Source: Eubacteriales bacterium
GTDB lineage: Bacteria; Bacillota; Clostridia; Oscillospirales; CAG-272
NCBI GenBank assembly: GCA_045533505.1
Contig: JAZSHY010000025.1
Location: 20,274-84,273 of the forward strand
DNA length: 64,000 nucleotides
Reading direction: 5' to 3'
Positions 56,027-64,000 of this stretch are shown in pieces. A model generated the notes under the pieces. It was not told the origin of the DNA and did no database searches. It saw nothing but the letters and a program-made list of their open reading frames with translations. The position numbers and the translations under genes are program-made. Within the stretch, counting starts at the first letter, position 1; the number at the start of each line of letters is the position of its first letter.

Positions 56027-56155
56027 AGTGAGAGACGTATGTACTATGGGCCGAGGGGCTGAGAGCAGGTGTCCTTCGGCGCGCCTATATACGATTTTAC
56101 CCTTATTCCCGATAAACTACACAACGAAAAAGAAAAGAAGGAGGTATTTTGGAGT

Positions 56156-57697
56156 ATGAATCCGATTTTAGCAGCTGCGATTGCCGTTGTTGCCCTGGCA
56201 GTTGGCATTGCAGTCGGCTTTTTTGTCCGCATGAAGTCGAGCGAAAAGAAAATCGGCTCGGCCCATTTGCAGGCTAAGCAAATATTGGAAGAAGCCATGC
56301 ACACGGCAGAATCCCGCAAGCGGGAAATTCTGTTTGAGGCGAAGGATGCTGCCCTCGCCATTAAAGACGAAACCGAAAGAGACCTGAAGGAACGCCGCAA
56401 GGAGATTTCACGTCAGGAGAACCGCCTCGCGGGGAAGGAAGAAAGCCTTGACCGCAAGCTGGAAAACCTGGAAAAGAAGGAGGCTCGCCTCGCCGAGCGG
56501 GAGCAGGAGGCTGAGGAGCTGAAGGCCAGAGTCAAGGCCACGCTCACCGAGCATCTTGCCATGCTTGAGAGGGTTTCTGGCTTCTCCGCCGAGGAGGCGA
56601 AGGCCGAGCTGCTTGCCCGCATGGAGAGCGAGATTGCGCACGAGACCGCGCAGAAGATTTCCGAATACAAGGCACGCTTCAAGGAGGAGGCAAACGACTG
56701 TGCCCGCGACCTGCTTTCGCTGGCCATTCAGCGCTGTGCCGCCGACCACGTGGCAGAAATCGCCATCTCGGTGGTTCCCCTGCCGAACGAGGAAATGAAG
56801 GGGCGCATCATCGGGCGCGAGGGGCGCAACATCCGCGCCATCGAGGCCATTACGGGCGTTGACCTGATTATTGACGATACCCCCGAGGCTATCACGGTTT
56901 CGGGCTTTGACCCCATTCGCCGCGAGGTGGCGAGAATCGCGCTTGAAAAGCTGATTGCCGACGGGCGCATTCACCCCGCCCGCATCGAGGAGGTCGTGGA
57001 GAAGGCGCAAAAGGAGGTAGAGGGTGCCATCAAGCAGGCAGGCGAGCGCGCTGTGTTTGAGACGGGCGTGCACGGGCTGAACCCTGAGGAAATCCGCCTG
57101 CTCGGGCGTCTCCGCTACCGCACGAGCTTCGGTCAGAATGTCCTGCGTCACTCGGTGGAGGTATCTCTCCTCTCGGGTATTTTGGCCGATGAGCTCGGTG
57201 TTGACGTGATGACGGCCAAGCGCGCAGGTCTTCTGCACGATATCGGCAAGGCCATGACGCATGAATCCGAGGGCACGCACATTCAGCTCGGCGTGGAGGC
57301 CGCGAAGAAGTTCCGTGAAAGCCGCGAGGTTATTCACGCCATCGAGGCGCACCACGGCGACGTGGAGCCCACCACCACCATCGCCTTTATCGTGCAGGCG
57401 GCAGACGCCATCTCGGCGGCTCGCCCCGGCGCACGCCGCGAGGACGTGGAAAATTACATCAAACGCCTCCAGAAGCTTGAGGAGCTTGCCAACGAGTTCC
57501 CGGGAGTCGAAAAGACCTTTGCCATTCAGGCGGGGCGCGAAATCCGCGTGATGGTGAAGCCCGATGCCATTACCGACGACGGTATGGTCATTCTGGCGCA
57601 CGACATCGCCAAGAAAATCGAGGAGTCGATGGAGTACCCCGGTCAAATCAAGGTCAACCTGATACGCGAAAGCCGCGTGACCGATTACGCAAAATAA
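56156..57697 (+). CDS. rny: ribonuclease Y
   Basis: N-terminal TM helix (ILAAAIAVVALAVGIAVGFFV), a coiled coil, a KH domain (GRIIGREGRNIRAIE) and an HD domain (LLHDIGKA). Confidence 0.93.
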   Translation: MNPILAAAIAVVALAVGIAVGFFVRMKSSEKKIGSAHLQAKQILEEAMHTAESRKREILFEAKDAALAIKDETERDLKERRKEISRQENRLAGKEESLDRKLENLEKKEARLAEREQEAEELKARVKATLTEHLAMLERVSGFSAEEAKAELLARMESEIAHETAQKISEYKARFKEEANDCARDLLSLAIQRCAADHVAEIAISVVPLPNEEMKGRIIGREGRNIRAIEAITGVDLIIDDTPEAITVSGFDPIRREVARIALEKLIADGRIHPARIEEVVEKAQKEVEGAIKQAGERAVFETGVHGLNPEEIRLLGRLRYRTSFGQNVLRHSVEVSLLSGILADELGVDVMTAKRAGLLHDIGKAMTHESEGTHIQLGVEAAKKFRESREVIHAIEAHHGDVEPTTTIAFIVQAADAISAARPGARREDVENYIKRLQKLEELANEFPGVEKTFAIQAGREIRVMVKPDAITDDGMVILAHDIAKKIEESMEYPGQIKVNLIRESRVTDYAK

Positions 57698-57774
57698 CCG
57701 AGGTGGGCCGACGCCGGGCGTCGGCCCCCTTTTCTCCCGACGGCAAAAATTCATACAGAACGGATGCTATCCTT

Positions 57775-58548
57775 ATGAAAATTCTTATGCTGGGTGACGT
57801 CACCTCTCCTGCCGCCGCCCGTTACCTTGCGAGGGCGCTGCCTGCGGCACGCCGCCGCACGGGGGCCGACCTTGTCACCGTCAATGCCGAAAACGCAGGC
57901 TTCATTCTCGGAGCCTCCCCTGAGCTTGCAAGCCTTCTTCTTGACGCAGGCGCCGATGTTCTCACGGGGGGGAACCATACCCTGCAAAATTACGATATGC
58001 TGGCCGTCATCGACGAGATGCCGAGGGTGCTGCGCCCCGCCAACTATCCCGCCGCCGCCCCGGGGCAGGGGGCCTGCCTCCTCACCGTAGGGGGAGCCGA
58101 GGTCCTCGTCATAAGCCTTCTCGGGCGCGTGGGTATGGAGCCGCCGCTTTCCTCCCCCTTTGAGGCGGCAGAAGCGATTCTTGCGCGCTACCGAGGCCGC
58201 TACACCGTCGCGCTTGTGGATTTCCACGCCGAGGCCACAGGAGAAAAGCTGGCGATGGGACATTTTCTTGACGGGCGCGTGTCGGCGGTTGTCGGCACCC
58301 ACACGCACGTTCCGACGGCAGACCTCACCGTCTTGCCCGGGGGGACGGGATATGTGAGCGACCTCGGCATGTGCGGTGCCGAGGGCAGTATTCTCGGCAT
58401 AGATGCCCCCATGATTGTCGAGCGCTATCTCACCGCCGTTCACCACAGGCTTCGCCCCGCGGAGGGGCCGATGTATGCCGACGGCGTGCTTTTCACGGTG
58501 GACGAAAAAACAGGCCGCTGCGCCCATGCCGAGCGCGTGAAAATTTAA
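57775..58548 (+). CDS. ymdB: YmdB-family metallophosphoesterase (2',3'-cyclic-nucleotide 2'-phosphodiesterase)
   Basis: MKILMLGDV...VNAENAG...GNH...DFHAEATGEK...GTHTHVPTAD. The conserved rny-ymdB order is present. Confidence 0.85.
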   Translation: MKILMLGDVTSPAAARYLARALPAARRRTGADLVTVNAENAGFILGASPELASLLLDAGADVLTGGNHTLQNYDMLAVIDEMPRVLRPANYPAAAPGQGACLLTVGGAEVLVISLLGRVGMEPPLSSPFEAAEAILARYRGRYTVALVDFHAEATGEKLAMGHFLDGRVSAVVGTHTHVPTADLTVLPGGTGYVSDLGMCGAEGSILGIDAPMIVERYLTAVHHRLRPAEGPMYADGVLFTVDEKTGRCAHAERVKI

Positions 58549-58570
58549 GCGCAAGAGCACGCTTTTGGCA

Positions 58571-58599
58571 TTGACAAGCCCCCGCCGCTATGATACAAT
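58571..58599 (+). promoter_or_regulatory. sigma-A type promoter for glyA
   Basis: TTGACA (58571-58576), 17-nt spacer, TACAAT (58594-58599). Confidence 0.55.
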
Positions 58600-58642
58600 A
58601 GTTCCCGTATGACAGTTTTATCAAAAAGAAGGAGTACCGTAT

Positions 58643-59881
58643 ATGTTTTTTGACAGACTTTCTGCCTTTGACGAGGAGGTTTTCGGCGCCACTGCGCGTG
58701 AGCTTCGCCGTCAGCAGGGCAACATTGAGCTGATTGCTTCCGAGAACATCGTTTCCGAGGCCGTTCTTCTGGCCGCGGGCGGCGTTCTGACCAACAAGTA
58801 TGCCGAGGGCTATCCCGGCAAGCGCTATTACGGCGGATGCGTCTATGCCGACGAGGTAGAGGAAATCGCACGCCGCCGCGCCTGCACCCTCTTCGGTGCC
58901 GAGCATGCCAACGTGCAGCCGCACAGCGGTGCCAACGCGAACCTTGCCGTCTTCTTTGCCCTTCTCAAGCCGGGTGACACGGTGCTTTCCATGAACCTTT
59001 CGGAGGGCGGCCACCTCTCGCACGGCTCCCCCGTCAACATCTCGGGCTCCTATTTCCATATCGTGCCCTACGGCGTCGATGCCGAAACCCACACCATCGA
59101 CTACGAGGCGGTGCGCGCCCTTGCCCTCGCCACGAAGCCCCGCCTCATTCTGGCAGGTGCCTCGGCCTATCCGCGCGTCATCGACTTCAAAAAGTTCCGC
59201 GAGATTGCCGACGAGGTCGGTGCCTATCTTCTCGTGGATATGGCGCACATCGCGGGGCTTGTTGCCGCAGGGGTGCACCCCTCGCCCGTGCCGTACGCCG
59301 ACGTGGTTACCACCACCACCCACAAAACCCTGCGCGGTCCGCGCGGCGGCCTCATTCTCTCGCGCGAGGAATACGCAAAGCAGATTGACAAGGCCATCTT
59401 CCCCGGCACGCAGGGCGGCCCGCTTATGCACATCATCGCCGCCAAGGCCGTTGCGCTCGGCGAGGCCATGACCGAGGAGTTCCGCCTCTACGGACGCCGC
59501 GTGGTGGAGAACGCCGCCGTCCTCGCCCGCGAGCTCAAGAGCCGCGGCTTCTCGCTTGTGTCGGGCGGCACCGACAACCACCTCATGCTTCTTGATCTGC
59601 GAGACACCGAGCTTACGGGCAAGGAGCTGGAAACGCGCCTTGACGAGGTGCACATCACGGCCAACAAGAACACCGTCCCCGGCGAGCCCCGCAGCCCGTT
59701 TGTCACAAGCGGTCTTCGCATCGGCACCCCCGCCGTTACCAGCCGCGGCTTCGGCCCCGAGGAAATGACCGAGATTGCCTCCTTCATCGAAAGGGTTGCC
59801 TTCGGTGACGAGGCCTCGCGTGCCGCCGTGTCCGACGAGGTGAGCGCGCTTTGCGCCCGCTTCCCGATTTACAAGGACTGA
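58643..59881 (+). CDS. glyA: serine hydroxymethyltransferase
   Basis: [11 protein letters not shown]..., [17 protein letters not shown], and [15 protein letters not shown] with the PLP lysine. Confidence 0.96.
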   Translation: MFFDRLSAFDEEVFGATARELRRQQGNIELIASENIVSEAVLLAAGGVLTNKYAEGYPGKRYYGGCVYADEVEEIARRRACTLFGAEHANVQPHSGANANLAVFFALLKPGDTVLSMNLSEGGHLSHGSPVNISGSYFHIVPYGVDAETHTIDYEAVRALALATKPRLILAGASAYPRVIDFKKFREIADEVGAYLLVDMAHIAGLVAAGVHPSPVPYADVVTTTTHKTLRGPRGGLILSREEYAKQIDKAIFPGTQGGPLMHIIAAKAVALGEAMTEEFRLYGRRVVENAAVLARELKSRGFSLVSGGTDNHLMLLDLRDTELTGKELETRLDEVHITANKNTVPGEPRSPFVTSGLRIGTPAVTSRGFGPEEMTEIASFIERVAFGDEASRAAVSDEVSALCARFPIYKD

Positions 59882-59923
59882 TAAAAAAAAGAACCCCGAG
59901 GCCTGCCTCGGGGTTCTTTTTTT
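59882..59923. terminator. bidirectional terminator between glyA and the ACT-domain gene
   Basis: A-run, stem gaaccccgagg, loop cctg, stem cctcggggttc, T-run. Confidence 0.8.
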
Positions 59924-59927
59924 ATTC

Positions 59928-60356
59928 TCAGAGCGAGGCAAGCTCCTCCTCGCTCATCGTGACGATGGCGTGCGTGCGGAGCACCTCCTTCGCCCTTTCA
60001 AGGTCGCCCGTTTTCATGACGACACAGGCGTCGGCCTCGCCCACGGAAAGACCGTACATATATTCGATGCTGATGTCGCGCTCCGCCAGCTTATCAAGAA
60101 GCTCCTGAAGGCTGCCTGCGCGGTGGGGGATACGGATAATCAAAACGTCCGAAACCATAGAGGAATAGCCCGCGGCGAGAAGGGTTTCCCTTCCCACGGT
60201 GGGGTTCGAAACAATGAGGCGCAAAAGCCCGTACTCGGTGGTGTCGGCAAGGCTCATCGAAAGAATGTTGATGCCGCTTGTCTTGAGAACCCCAAGCACC
60301 TCGCCAAGACGCCCCTTGCGGTTCTCCACAAAAACCGACAACTGCTTGACTGTCAT
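59928..60356 (-). CDS. ACT-domain protein (associated with paaK/ior clusters)
   Basis: MTVKQLSVFVENRKGRLGEVLGVLKTSGINILSMSLADT, with two tandem ACT-like halves. Confidence 0.75.
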   Translation of the reverse strand: MTVKQLSVFVENRKGRLGEVLGVLKTSGINILSMSLADTTEYGLLRLIVSNPTVGRETLLAAGYSSMVSDVLIIRIPHRAGSLQELLDKLAERDISIEYMYGLSVGEADACVVMKTGDLERAKEVLRTHAIVTMSEEELASL

Positions 60357-60375
60357 ACGAAAATCCTCCTTTTAT

Positions 60376-61674
60376 TTAATAAAGAGCTCTCTTGTCTACC
60401 ACGTGCACGGCCTTGCCCTCGCTGCGGGGCAGGGTGTTGGGGCCGACGAGAGTTATTTTTGCCGAAAGCCCGAGCGCCGACTGAATCACGCCCGCAATCT
60501 TCTTGGTGAGCCTCTCTATCCCGCGGATTTCATCGGTGTAGTAGGAGGCGTTCAGCTCAAGCTGAATTTCCAGCGTGTCAAGGTTGCCCACACGGTCCAC
60601 CACCATCATGTAGCGCGGCGTCACCTCGGGCACCTCGGCAAGCGCGGCCTCCACCTGCGTGGGGAAGACGTTGACGCCGCGGATAATCAGCATGTCGTCG
60701 CTCCTGCCGCAGAAGCGCGAAATCCTCGCGGAGGTGCGCCCGCAGGCACAGGTCTCTCTCGAAAGGCTCGTCAGGTCCTTGGTGCGGTAGCGAATGAGGG
60801 GGAGCCCCTCCTTTGTGAGAGTGGTGAACACAAGCTCACCCGTCTTGCCGTCGGCAAGCGGAGTGAGGGTGGCGCTGTCCACGATTTCGGGGTAGAAGTG
60901 GTCCTCGCACACGTGGAGCCCCGCGTGGTGCGGGCAGTCGCAGGCTACGCCGGGGCCCATCACCTCGGAGAGCCCGTAAATGTCATGGGCCGAGATGCCG
61001 AGGGAGGCCTCGATGTCGTGCCTCATCTTCTCGGTCCAGGGCTCGGCACCGCAAACCGCAACGCGGAGCTTGGTTTTGTCAAGAAGCCCCGACTCCCGAA
61101 GCACCTCCGAGATGTGGAGGAGGTAGGAGGGGGTGCAGGCAATCGCCGTGGCCCCGAAGTCGGTCATCATGGTGGTGAGCTTCTTGGTGTTTCCCGTGCT
61201 CATCGGCACCACCATGGCTCCGATGCGCTCGGCACCGCCGTGCGCGCCGAGGCCGCCCGTGAAAAGGCCGTAGCCGTAAGCAATCTGTATGATGTCCTCC
61301 TTGCCGACGCCCGCCATGGTGAAGCAGCGCGCCACGCACTCCGCCCACACGTCAAGGTCGTGCGCCGTGTAGCCCACCACCGTGGCCTTTCCCGTAGTGC
61401 CCGAGGAGGCGTGAATTCTCACAATATCCGAATGGGGCACGGCAAAAAGGCCGAAGGGATAGCTCTCGCGCAGGTCGTCCTTGGTGGTGAAGGGGAGCTT
61501 CACGATGTCCTCAATCCCGCGGATGTCGCCCGGGGCAACCCCGACGGCCTCCATCTTCCTGCGGTAAGCGGGAACCCTTTCCCACATATAGGACACAAGG
61601 CTTACAAGTCTTTTTCCCTGAAGCGCGGTCATCTCGTCGCGCGACATGGTTTCTATTTTTTCGTTCCAGAACAT
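60376..61674 (-). CDS. paaK: phenylacetate--CoA ligase family protein
   Basis: FWNEKIETMSRDEM..., the SSGTTGKATVV AMP-binding motif, and the C-terminal VVDKR pattern. Confidence 0.85.
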   Translation of the reverse strand: MFWNEKIETMSRDEMTALQGKRLVSLVSYMWERVPAYRRKMEAVGVAPGDIRGIEDIVKLPFTTKDDLRESYPFGLFAVPHSDIVRIHASSGTTGKATVVGYTAHDLDVWAECVARCFTMAGVGKEDIIQIAYGYGLFTGGLGAHGGAERIGAMVVPMSTGNTKKLTTMMTDFGATAIACTPSYLLHISEVLRESGLLDKTKLRVAVCGAEPWTEKMRHDIEASLGISAHDIYGLSEVMGPGVACDCPHHAGLHVCEDHFYPEIVDSATLTPLADGKTGELVFTTLTKEGLPLIRYRTKDLTSLSRETCACGRTSARISRFCGRSDDMLIIRGVNVFPTQVEAALAEVPEVTPRYMMVVDRVGNLDTLEIQLELNASYYTDEIRGIERLTKKIAGVIQSALGLSAKITLVGPNTLPRSEGKAVHVVDKRALY

Positions 61675-61692
61675 TGCTGTCTCCTTTTGCTG

Positions 61693-62253
61693 TCACGCCC
61701 CGTAGCCTTCACAGAAGGCGGCCTTGTTGATTTCCACAGTCTTCGGCGGAACGGTTTCGGCAAGGACCGAAAGCCACGCCTCCTCGGAGAAGCCGATGTG
61801 TCGGGCGGCAGCGCCCAGCACCACCGAATTCAGCACACGGCTGTTGCCGAGCCTCTCGGCCACGGCACCGCCGTCCACCGTCACCGTTCTGTGCTCGGCG
61901 GCGAGGCGCTCAAGAATCCCCTCGGGATAGGTGGCGGCGCCCGTGGTGACCGTCATGGGGTTGATGCGGCAGTCGTTGACCACCAGAACCCCGTCCTTTT
62001 TCAGAAAATGCGCGTAGCGGAGGGCCTCCAGTCTCTCGAAGGCAACGAGCACATCCACCTCGCCCTCCTCGCAAACAGGCTCGGCCACGCGCTCGCCGAA
62101 GCGGACGTAGGTCACAACGCTTCCTCCGCGCTGTGCCATACCGTGCACCTCGGAAATTTTCACGTCATACCCTGCCGAGAGGGCCGTCTTTCCTATGATG
62201 CGGCTGGTAAGGAGCGTTCCCTGACCGCCGACACCCACTATCATAATGTTCAT
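61693..62253 (-). CDS. iorB: indolepyruvate ferredoxin oxidoreductase subunit beta
   Basis: MNIMIVGVGGQGTLLTSRIIGKTALSAGYDVKISEVHGMAQRGGSV. The ATG overlaps the iorA stop (TAATG). The longer ORF-track start at 62373 is rejected. Confidence 0.85.
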   Translation of the reverse strand: MNIMIVGVGGQGTLLTSRIIGKTALSAGYDVKISEVHGMAQRGGSVVTYVRFGERVAEPVCEEGEVDVLVAFERLEALRYAHFLKKDGVLVVNDCRINPMTVTTGAATYPEGILERLAAEHRTVTVDGGAVAERLGNSRVLNSVVLGAAARHIGFSEEAWLSVLAETVPPKTVEINKAAFCEGYGA

Positions 62254-63992
62254 TATCTCTTCACCCTCCGTATGGCACCGAACTTGCAGCGGCTGAGGCA
62301 GAGGCCGCACCCGTTGCAGGCGCTCCCGTCTATGCGGAGCGCACCGCCCTCGTCCCTTATAATGGCAGGGCAACCGATTTTCAGGCAGGCACCGCAGGAT
62401 TTGCAGGCCTCGCTGTCGATTTCGCAGCGCTCGGGGAAGCTTTGCCCCTTGAGCAGGGCGCAGGGTGCCTTGGCGATAATCACCGTGAGCACGTCGCTCG
62501 CCACACTCTTGCGAATGGCGGCCTCCAGCGCCGTGGCGTCAAACGCCGGGATTTCCAGCACCTCGGGCACGCCGATGGCGCGGCAGAGGGCGGCGAGGTC
62601 GATGGCGTAGGTCTCCTCACCGCCAAGCGTCTTGCCCGTGGCGGCATGCTCCTGATGCCCCGTCATGCCCGTGGTGCGGTTGTCAAGAATCATCACGGTG
62701 GCGGTGGAGCGATTGTAGACCATATTGATAAGCGAATTGACGCCCGTATGCAGGAAGGTGGAGTCACCGATGACGGCAACCCAGTTTTTGATAAACTCCT
62801 TGCCCTTGGCCTTCTCGATGCCGTGGAGCGCCGAAATGGAGGCACCCATGCACAGGGTGGTGTCGATGACCGAGAGGGGAGCGAGCGCCCCGAGGGTGTA
62901 GCAGCCGATGTCGCCCGCCGCGTGGATTTTCAGCTTGGAGAGCACAGAAAACACACTGCGGTGAGGGCAGCCCGGACAAAGAATCGGCGGGCGGGCGGGC
63001 ACGGTGGCCGCAAGGAAGCCCTCCTCGCCCTCGCCAAAGAGAGCGCGGCGGAGCATAGCGGCGCTGTATTCGCCCTGCTTCGTAAAGTTTTCTTTACCGC
63101 GAACCGAGAGCCCCCAGCTTCTGACCTGCTCCTCTATGACGGGCTCCAGCTCCTCGAATATGTAGCAGACCTCCACCGAGGCCACAAACTCCTCAATAAG
63201 GCGTCTCGGCAGCGGGTTCACAAGGCCGAGCTTCAGGATGCTTGCCGTGGGGGCCGCCTCCTTGACGTACTGGTAGGCAATGCCCGAGGTGATGATGCCG
63301 ATTTTCCCATCGCCCTTCTCCACGCGGTTGCACGCGAGGCTCGATGCGTCCTCCGCAAGCCTCTCCTCTCTTGCCTCCACCACCTTATGGCGTCCGATGG
63401 CCGAGGCGGGCATCAGCACGTATTTCGGCACCGAGCGCTCGTAAGGCTTATCCTCGGGCACCCTTCTCTCACCGAGCGTAACAAGGCTCTGCGAATGCGC
63501 AAGCTTTGTGGTGGTGCGGAGAATGACGGGAGTGTCGTACTCCTCGCTGAGCGAGAGCGCGAGCCCCACAAAATCCTTGGCCTCCTGGCTGTCCGAGGGC
63601 TCAAGCACGGGCAGGTGCGCCGAGCGCGCCACCATGCGCGTGTCCTGCTCATTCTGAGAGGAAGCCATGCCGGGGTCGTCGGCCACCACAACACAAAGGC
63701 CGCCGCCGACACCCGAATACGCGAGCGCGTAGAGAGGGTCGGACGCCACATTCAGGCCCACGTGCTTCATGCAGGCGAGGGCGCGCACACCCGAAATGGA
63801 GGCTCCGCCCGCCACCTCAAGCGCCACCTTCTCGTTGGGGGCCCATTCGGCATACACGTCGGGGTAGGTGGCCAGCACCTCGCTGATTTCGGTGCTGGGG
63901 GTACCCGGGTAGGCACTCGAAACCTTGACGCCCGCCTCGTAGGCACCGCGGGCTATGGCCTCGTTGCCGAGCATAATCTTCTTTTCCATCAC
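62253..63992 (-). CDS. iorA: indolepyruvate ferredoxin oxidoreductase subunit alpha
   Basis: 579 aa. TPP-binding GDSTF...N pattern and a C-terminal 2x[4Fe-4S] region (CKSCGACLKIGCP...CNGCGLCLSRC). Confidence 0.88.
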   Translation of the reverse strand: MMEKKIMLGNEAIARGAYEAGVKVSSAYPGTPSTEISEVLATYPDVYAEWAPNEKVALEVAGGASISGVRALACMKHVGLNVASDPLYALAYSGVGGGLCVVVADDPGMASSQNEQDTRMVARSAHLPVLEPSDSQEAKDFVGLALSLSEEYDTPVILRTTTKLAHSQSLVTLGERRVPEDKPYERSVPKYVLMPASAIGRHKVVEAREERLAEDASSLACNRVEKGDGKIGIITSGIAYQYVKEAAPTASILKLGLVNPLPRRLIEEFVASVEVCYIFEELEPVIEEQVRSWGLSVRGKENFTKQGEYSAAMLRRALFGEGEEGFLAATVPARPPILCPGCPHRSVFSVLSKLKIHAAGDIGCYTLGALAPLSVIDTTLCMGASISALHGIEKAKGKEFIKNWVAVIGDSTFLHTGVNSLINMVYNRSTATVMILDNRTTGMTGHQEHAATGKTLGGEETYAIDLAALCRAIGVPEVLEIPAFDATALEAAIRKSVASDVLTVIIAKAPCALLKGQSFPERCEIDSEACKSCGACLKIGCPAIIRDEGGALRIDGSACNGCGLCLSRCKFGAIRRVKR

Positions 63993-64000
63993 GCTTTACT

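Noticed and set aside
60199-62610. 803-aa plus-strand ORF
   Set aside because: It is antisense to paaK, iorB and iorA.

Overview
This 64-kb chromosomal window looks like a high-GC Firmicute of the class Clostridia. That assignment is an inference from gene content: hrcA-grpE-dnaK-dnaJ with a CIRCE operator, rny-ymdB, pth-mfd, iorAB-paaK and an archaeal-type SipW peptidase. Most of the window is housekeeping: alr (5' partial), truB, addA, a TAXI-TRAP transporter, alaS, fumC, a fused MacB-like ABC transporter, nagA, pth, mfd, the heat-shock operon, rny, ymdB, glyA and iorAB-paaK-ACT. Many long ORFs in the six-frame track lie antisense to these genes and are high-GC artefacts. The accessory part runs from about 23.8 to 41.4 kb, between nagA and tRNA-Leu(CAG). 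It holds a co-linear minus-strand locus: tetR, sipW, six TasA/camelysin-like proteins (five with a SipW-type signal peptide), a small membrane protein and a zinc-ribbon protein. Two of the TasA-like proteins are fused to large beta-helix or GLUG-like adhesin modules. One is fused to three pilin isopeptide-type domains plus a sortase-like C-terminal anchor, yet no sortase gene is in the window. Directly upstream of this locus sits an intact tyrosine recombinase bracketed by a perfect 16-bp inverted repeat. An outward-facing promoter inside that segment currently fires into two terminators. I read this as a recombinase-carrying invertible promoter caught in the OFF orientation. The fibre locus plus this switch is the best candidate here for an undescribed system. 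Other accessory items are a DUF2493/SLOG plus ribbon-helix-helix cassette flanked by a duplicated terminator, a 1356-aa tail-anchored surface protein, a marR-ABC-ABC operon with a palindromic operator, a ThrE-type exporter pair, a low-GC scar next to the tRNA, and a family of GC-rich tandem repeats. No CRISPR array, rRNA gene or recognisable IS element was seen.
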